Below are positions 56,466 to 64,000 of a stretch of DNA of 64,000 nt, one piece after another (position 1 is the first letter of the stretch; the number at the start of each line of letters is the position of its first letter). Source of the stretch: Proteromonas lacertae (lineage: Eukaryota); the NCBI GenBank assembly GCA_002245135.1, contig NGBS01000318.1, forward strand, positions 1 to 64,000, written 5' to 3'. The notes under the pieces are model-generated. The model was given only the letters and a program-made list of their open reading frames with translations, did not search any database and was not told the origin of the DNA. Made by a program: the position numbers and the translations under genes.

Positions 56466-57941
56466 ATTAGAATCTTTCTCAGTATTTCTTCAAGTTCATC
56501 ATTTCTATATTCATTATCACACATAATAATCTTCAATGTTTCTAAATAAGCTAATTTAAACTATGAATAAAACATAAACAAGTGATAAAAAATACTTTTG
56601 TCTCATCTTCGTAAGTATCACATACAAAATCAACTATTTTCTAAAAAAATAATAAAATGTGTAAATATACAAAAAGATTTTCATCGTCTAATGCTGCAAC
56701 ACTATGAATTTTAGCTAATAACAGCATAACATAAATTTGTTCATTGTTATTTAAACATTCCTATTTCAATATAAATAACAATTAAATAATATTATATATA
56801 AATATATATATACATATGTATCATAATTTTCAAGTAAAATGAAATAATTATTAATATATTCAGTTGATTCTGGTTGTAACAACAGATCAATAAACGGTAA
56901 ATTTTCATTTTGATTTACATTTTCATCATCATCATCATTAAATTTATAGAATAATGTGTGAATAGAAGACTTAATAATAATAATAAATGTATTTATAATA
57001 ATATATACCAATATAATAAGTGGTAAAACACTAATTTCTTCCATTCCATTTAACAATTCAATGAAATAATTATCATCGGGTAAAGAAACAATCTCAAACT
57101 GCTCATGACATATATATTCTTCAGCTGTAAGTGATAAGAAATATGATAAATGTTCTAATAATGAATAATACTCTAAGTGACAATATAAAAATTAATATTA
57201 TTATTATACCTTCAGTGTACATGCATTCTAAATAATATATCCTAATATTATCCCATATTTCTTCCACTGGATAATATTTTCCACTATAAATATTTTTGAA
57301 TAGAGTATTATTACATAAACAACCAAAACTACTAAGAAGTGAAAATGCTTCTGATTTTTGTGGGAGTTTTACTGACTATTTTTATTATACATATTAATTA
57401 TTTAAATATATAATTATACTTCATATGGATATGTAAATGATAGTATTATTTTAACTAGATTAAACTCTTCATTTTCAATAATGTCTATCCACTCCTTTAA
57501 TTCGTGATAATTCTGAAAACAATTAATGAGAAGACTTAATTGATTGGATAAATGAGGTTCTGAAGCATATTTAAGATTAAAATTTGATAATATCTCTTTT
57601 AAAGGTTGATTATCATAAGATATTCCTGTATCATTGTATATTTCATAACTATTATATACTCTCTATTTCAACTATATTCTCATCAATATATTCTGGAAGT
57701 TCATAACACATTTCATCTCCTCTACAATAGTAATGATCTCCATCAGGTAAAATATATTTTGTCCAATCCAAATTCTATTTGAATAAAATAATAAAATTAG
57801 CGTACATTGTTGTTTTCCTCAATATCAATACCAGCTAAAGACAAATAAATTTGAGCATCATCAATAATTGTATCAATTTTTGTAGACATATTTGAAAGTA
57901 TTTTCAATGCTTTATCTACGTCTGATGAAGAGTTATTCATA
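56466..57941 (-). CDS. Hypothetical multi-exon helical protein
   Basis: Coding-like minus-strand segments separated by short introns. No family was recognised. Confidence 0.35.
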
Positions 57942-57990
57942 TTTGAAGATTTCTTTTGCTTTATGTAATCTATTTCATTAAAACTTATGT

Positions 57991-58063
57991 TCCCTTGTAG
58001 TCTAGTTGGTTAGGACAAGCGGCTCTCACCCGCTAGACCCGAGTTCGAGTCCCGGCGAGGGAA
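57991..58063 (+). tRNA. tRNA-Glu (CTC)
   Basis: Acceptor stem TCCCTTG/CGAGGGA, anticodon arm AGCGG-CTCTCAC-CCGCT, T-loop TTCGAGT and a downstream T-run. Confidence 0.95.
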
Positions 58064-58212
58064 TAATTTTTGTCTTTTTCATTTATTATTTTTCTATGAA
58101 ATAGTTTTTATTCATGATATAATATAATAATTTTAAGGGTTTGTTTTTTTGTTTTATAGTTGTTTGTGTTGAAACACCAATCTCAAAAATATAGTCGTTT
58201 CATAATTTAGAA

Positions 58213-59399
58213 TGGATGGTTGTTATTTCTATGATCCATTTTACATAATTTTATACCTAATAATGTTTATATATGATATGTATGTTGCATTAGATATATT
58301 TTAGTTATTACTTTGCTTTGGATGGCAAAGATATACTAGAACTCTTTATAGCTTCAATTATATTTGTTACAATTGCATCAATATTTTTCAAATGGTCATT
58401 TAAGCAAATTGGTGGCTATTTAAGCAAATATGTTCTGTCATGTATTTTATTTATATCATTAATCAATTAGGGAATCCTTTAGACGATGAAATACAGATGG
58501 GGAAATTTTATGAAAGAGTATAATCACTCCTATCTATCGAATATATCAAAATAGGGTTGGCATCTGTTTTTACACACATCAGGTGCTGTTCTTTCGTATT
58601 TAGTTCTGCGCGAATATAATTTTTTCAACACTCCTCATCAATCGCTATGGTTTCCTCCATGTTTTGAATTTAAACCCAGTTTTCTAATGAAAGTTTTATA
58701 TTTATATGAATTAGTATATTATTTAAATTATATATATATATATATAATTATTTAGTCCATTTATTTTGTAACAGCAGTAGAATTCAGATTCTTTGAAGCT
58801 AAAAGAAATGATTATTTTGTTATGTATACTCATCACATTGCAACTCTGTTTTTAATATCTTTTTCATTTTTTGCAGGTTATGAACGAATTGGTGTTTATA
58901 TATTATTTGTATATATATATATATAATATTAATAATTATTATATTTTATAGATTATGGATTTTTCAGATATTCCAGTCGATATAGTAAAAATGCTATTGT
59001 ACCTCAAATTTGATATTATTACTGGTGTTTTACTGTTTTTTACTTTGATTATTTGGGTTATATTCCGAGTAATTGGTTTGGTTAATCTTGGTCCAGCTGG
59101 TTTAAATGTACTATGTGTTTACAGTGATTGCGTTTTTAGACCGTATGAAATAAATACACCAAGACATCAATGGATAGTTATTCTATATCAGTTGTTAATT
59201 TTATTATTTCACATGAATTTATATTGGATATTTATGTTTACTAGAATATTATATAGAGCAATAAAGTATATTTTATTTAATTATTATTTATTATAGAAGT
59301 AAAGAAACTGCACATAGAGCTGGAGCTGTATATGAAGGAAGTGTTAGTCCGAATCATCAAAGAGACTTAAGAAAAGAATTTAATTATAAAAAACAGTGA
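58213..59399 (+). CDS. TLC-domain ceramide synthase (LAG1/LASS family), multi-exon
   Basis: KRNDYFVMYTHHIATLFLI, RIG, DFSDIP and multiple TM helices. Confidence 0.85.
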
Positions 59400-59454
59400 A
59401 TTATTATATAATAAATATTAATAATCTTATTATTATTACTATTTTGCTTTTATT

Positions 59455-60147
59455 TTTGTTTTATTTGGGCTTTTCTAATAATATTGCAACTCCTCCAGCT
59501 CTAGATATCCATTTCTCTTTGGGTGGAACATAATCTCTAAAAAAGCTTTCAGGAAGTTCTTTCTTTGGTTGATCAGGCTATATAAATGATTTATTAATAA
59601 ATAATATATATTTAATACATCAAATTTATCATGGCTCCAAGATTCTTTTTCAATTCTATTAAAACATAAATAACAACAAATATATACTTTTCTTCACTTA
59701 CACTTCTACTTCTTGAAGATGAATATGAATGACTTCTTCTTTTCCTTCTTGATTTATTTTTGTTGATTTTATTTCCATAAATTAATGGATTAGGAGGTAC
59801 TTCCCATGGCTTCAGTTTCTTTGGCATGTCTACTTCTAGATCTACTCCTTGATCTACTTGAGGATCTTGAAGATCTGCTTCTAGATGAACTACTTGAATA
59901 TTTCTGTAATTTATTTTTTGAAGACGGTCGAATGTGATCTATCTCGATGATGTTTATCAGATAATTTTTCTTCATCTTCACTTTCTGTGTCTGAACAACT
60001 GTATTCTCTAATAAATGTGAATATTATTTGTATTATACTCTTCTTTGACTTTTTTATGTTTTCTACGATGGCGAGTCTTTCTATGATGAGACATTTAAAG
60101 AAAGAAACAAAAAATAGAAGAGTTTTAATCTCTTTCTTTATAATCAT
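59455..60147 (-). CDS. SR-rich hypothetical protein
   Basis: RS repeats across overlapping minus-strand ORFs. Confidence 0.45.
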
Positions 60148-60366
60148 TTTTTTTATCTATGTTCATGACAGTTGATAAAACAAATTACTTTATTGAGACT
60201 ATTGCCTCTTATATTATATCATGCATAATTTTTGAAAGAATTTGAAGATTACATGAATAATAAAATGATGATGAAGTGACTAATATAAAGAAGTATAAAT
60301 ATACAGAATTATGATTATTATTTACATTAAAAATGAATAAAAAAGATAAATACTACAGACTAAATA

Positions 60367-62366
60367 CTATGAATCTTTGTAAATACATTCTACACTTCCA
60401 TCACTATCAATTATCTTCTTACTTCCATCAGGAAATATCACTTCTTTCTTTCCATTAGGATAATGCTTCTCCACTTGACCAGATGGAAATTCTATCAACT
60501 CAGATTTATCATAATACGTAGTATGTTTAGTATCAGTAGAAGCATAATAATAAATGGAGGTTTGAGTAGCTTGAATGGTTTGTCTAACGTCGCCATTATG
60601 AAAATACACAATTACATCACCATTCTTATAGATTTCTTTTCTTGTCCCATTAGTAAAGATCAATACCCTCGTTCCGTCTTTATATTGTATATCTGTCTTA
60701 CCATCAGGTAATACTTGCTTTTTCACTATTTCACCTTGGTATGGCTTATAATGATTATTAATTCTGTTATGTTGTGTAGAAGATGGTTTAGATTTTGGAG
60801 GTGGTACTATTAAATAATAAATAAATAAACAAATATACTATTATTTGTTTGAGTTGTTTTTATTTTCTTCTTTATCTCATTTGTTAATTGATTTTTCAAC
60901 TGTAAAATATTCTCTAACTCATTCTTCAGTTTCTTTTCATAATCCAATAATTCTATTTTCTTTCTATCAAATTCTTCTTTATCTTCTTGAACTTCTATTA
61001 TCTTCTTCTCTAACAGATCTATTCTTTCTTTATATTTCAATAATTTATCTTTACATTTCTCTTTCAATGAATCATATTTCATTTCTTTTGATTTTATTTC
61101 TTCTTTCAATTTATCATATTCAATTTGTAAATTTCGTAATTCTCTTTTTGCCTTTGCTTCACCGTTTGAAAATGATTCTATTTGATGTTCAAATTTGGTT
61201 TTCATTTGTGCAATCTTTTCTGATTCACTGTTTTGCCATTCATTGAATTTCATAGTCTCTTCTTCGGTATGTATATAAAACTGCTGTTTTTCTAATAAGA
61301 AGTTATCTCTTTCAATATTTAACTGTTTTCTTTCATTTTCTATCTTTTTCCTTTCTTCTTCTAGTTGTTGGTATAATTGTTCAATATTATTGATTCTTAT
61401 ATCCACTGATGAATCATTATTATTATTTGATAATAATTGAGGTGGTGGTAGTGGTGGAGGAGTTGATATTTCCACATATTGTTGTTGCTGTATCGATTGT
61501 ACCGGTTGTACTGATTGTATCGGTTGTCTATGTTGTTGTTGTATTGATAGTGGTGTTTTTCTGTATGATATTAATGGAGAATTCTTCGCTATTTCATTAC
61601 TACTGTAATTCATTGGTGTTTCTGGTCTGGATCTGATAATACCGTATGTAGGTGTATTATTTATATTAGCATTGATATCTTCATTATCTATATCAGAGAT
61701 ATCTGCAAGGAATGCTGGATCTTGTTGTTGTTGTTGTTGTTGTTGTATTTGCTGTTGATAATATATTGGATTAGAATTAATTGGAGTAGATGTATTGGAA
61801 TAGATTATATTATTATTAATATCATTTACTGTATTGTATTGATTTGGTGAAATTTGTCTTGAGATAGCTATATTTTTATTATATATATGAATAATATATA
61901 TACGAGATGATAAATCAACTTCATCATTGTTTAAATTATCTGGTCTTGCATTTATTATGGCATCTCCTTCTTCTAATGTCTTTTGAGTATTGGCTAATAA
62001 CTCTGATATTCTTTTAGAGGAGATTTTATCTGGTGTTAATAATGCAGATTGTAAAGAATTGGTACTATTAGATGATGTTGTACTCATTGGAGTTGCTGCT
62101 TTTGGTTGAGAAAATCTAGGCTGTGGTTGCAATAAAGGAGAGGAACTAACACTATTTGGATTATTGTTCTTTATATTCTCTTGTAACACTTTCTTTAGTA
62201 GGTTATATTCACTATTTCTTGGAGGTTTATTTGCTGGAGATGGTATCTGAATGGTTGGGTGATTAGAACGTTTGTTATATTCACCACTAGAATTAAACAT
62301 TATTGACTGTTCACCTTCATCGAATATATCTTCAGAATCATCATCAATATAGTCTGGCAACGACAT
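60367..62366 (-). CDS. SAS-4/CENP-J-like protein (coiled coil plus C-terminal TCP10/G-box)
   Basis: Repeats LPDG, YKDG, FTNG, YKNG, FHNGD, FPSGQVEKHYPNGKKEVIFPDG, preceded by a coiled coil. Confidence 0.82.
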
Positions 62367-62497
62367 TTTTAAAGAAATAAATTCAAATTTAAATTATGGT
62401 TTGATAGGAATCAAGCTTATACCAAACAAACAATTCAAAAAAAGAAAAAATAAAAGAAATAAAATGGTTATAATAATGATTATTATATCTAACATTC

Positions 62498-64000
62498 TTA
62501 AGTTTGTCTAGCTTTAGTAATTTGCAACAAAATATCCGGTGATCTATACAAATTAATCAAAGATTGAGTAATATAAAACTCATCTTTCAAATGATCTTCA
62601 TAAGTAGCACATCTTGATAAATATATTCCTTGACACATATCAATCAAAGGTTTAGGTTCTTCCATCTCATTATATAGAATCTCCCAAGGGAATGTACTAT
62701 ACAGTGATCTTAAATTACCACCTAAAACGACTAATATAAAGGTATATAATGCAATTAATCCAGCGCCACCAAGCATTGATAATATATCAGAAATTACACC
62801 TGATAATACCTTATCACTAGCTGTATATAATACTAATCCAATATCATCATTTTCACTTTCATTTTCGTTAATATTTTTTTTTATTAATTCTTCTTCATCA
62901 TCTATTTCAATTAATTTAGATTTTCTATTATTACTTATCTTTCTCTTCTTCATTATATTATTATTATTATTAATAATTGATTTAGATTTCAGTATATTAT
63001 TATCAGGAGCTGTTCTCACATCCCAATAACACTCGGACGAATCTCCATCATTACTATTACATCTATATCCCAAAGTTGCATTAATATATTTATCTCTATC
63101 ATTATCTATCTCTATCACACCAGCTTCTGTTACTCTAAACATACGTGGATATAGATGAGATATATGTAAATCAACATTACTACTGGAATTCAATGCTTTA
63201 CTTAATATCATTCTTTCATCATTATTTAATGTATAGGAATAACTCTCTGTGCTAATCGTTGTTTCAGTTGGTCTTTTTCGTGTAAATGTGAAAGATACTT
63301 CTAATTGCATATTATATCTCAAATCATTTAAATTCCTTGATAAATCTTCTTTTGCTCGAGTGGTTAAATCCCATACAAAACCACTATAAGATAACATTGT
63401 AACTTGTTGACCAACATCATTCTGTGTTTCAACGTAGTTTATAGATGGAACTTGACTCTTTATTGATTGGAACTGACTTTCAGTGAGTGATTGTATTGAT
63501 CTAATTCTATTACTACGGTATAATTCTAATGCACCAGTTTGTGAGACTAATAATAATGTCATTCCTGCACCAACGATTGGATTAGCTTTGATTGATGGAT
63601 TTCCACTACTGAATAAGATTAATGGCAAGATTAATATAAACTATTACAATATAAATGAATATATATATATATACCAATATAATAATCAACATTATAATCT
63701 GTAACCACTTTGACATAAATGTTTTTTCTTTACCATATGATCTTTTCTTTATTTTTTCAATCGAATAACACTTGTTAAAGTATAAGAATTTAACTATTTG
63801 TTCAACAATAATCCAATTCTCAAATGTTAATGATGTTTTTGAACCGATATAATCAATGAAATTTTGAATTTCATATACGAATGGAATTAAATAGAATATC
63901 TATTTAAATAAATAAATAAATAAATAAATATACTTTTAAATAGACTTTATGAGCTGGATCATATTTTGTTAACCAACTCAAATCAATCTGATCGACTGGA
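62498..64000 (-). CDS. Piezo-family mechanosensitive channel, C-terminal part
   Basis: IPFVYEI...KTSLTFENWI, PLILFSSGNP, GLIALYTFILVVLG and LINLYRSPDILLQIT. Confidence 0.88.

Overview
AT-rich eukaryotic (protist-like) genomic DNA with very short GT-AG introns (about 26-36 nt). This is suggestive of a Blastocystis-like stramenopile, but the host is not proven. The main feature is an apparently complete 25,512-bp endogenous Polinton/Maverick (adintovirus-like) DNA virus at 8640-34151, with identical 120-bp terminal inverted repeats (TIRs) and a 6-bp AAATTA target-site duplication. It encodes a protein-primed PolB (vOTU-like, C2H2 and EndoVII-like domains), a retroviral-type DDE integrase, an A32-like packaging ATPase, and major and minor capsid candidates. 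It also encodes Arg-rich core proteins with adenain-type cleavage sites, one carrying an adenovirus protein VI-like helix, and an adenain-like protease fused to the end of a 1415-aa membrane polyprotein. Unusual non-coding features of the virus include a 26-bp-stem hairpin island inside the polyprotein ORF, a host-style 36-nt intron with a NAGNAG stop/read-through acceptor, a Pol III-like A/B-box unit, an inverted-repeat-flanked 1.6-kb cassette with a frameshifted gene, and promoter motifs shared with host genes. Host flanks carry a multi-Venus-flytrap-like surface protein, kinases and pseudokinases, IPK1, MO25, a kinesin-like gene, alpha-SNAP-like, C2H2, CRN/RHS-like NTPase-SAP, tRNA-Glu, ceramide synthase, SAS-4/CENP-J-like and Piezo genes. 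All family calls come from motif recognition by eye; no searches were run.
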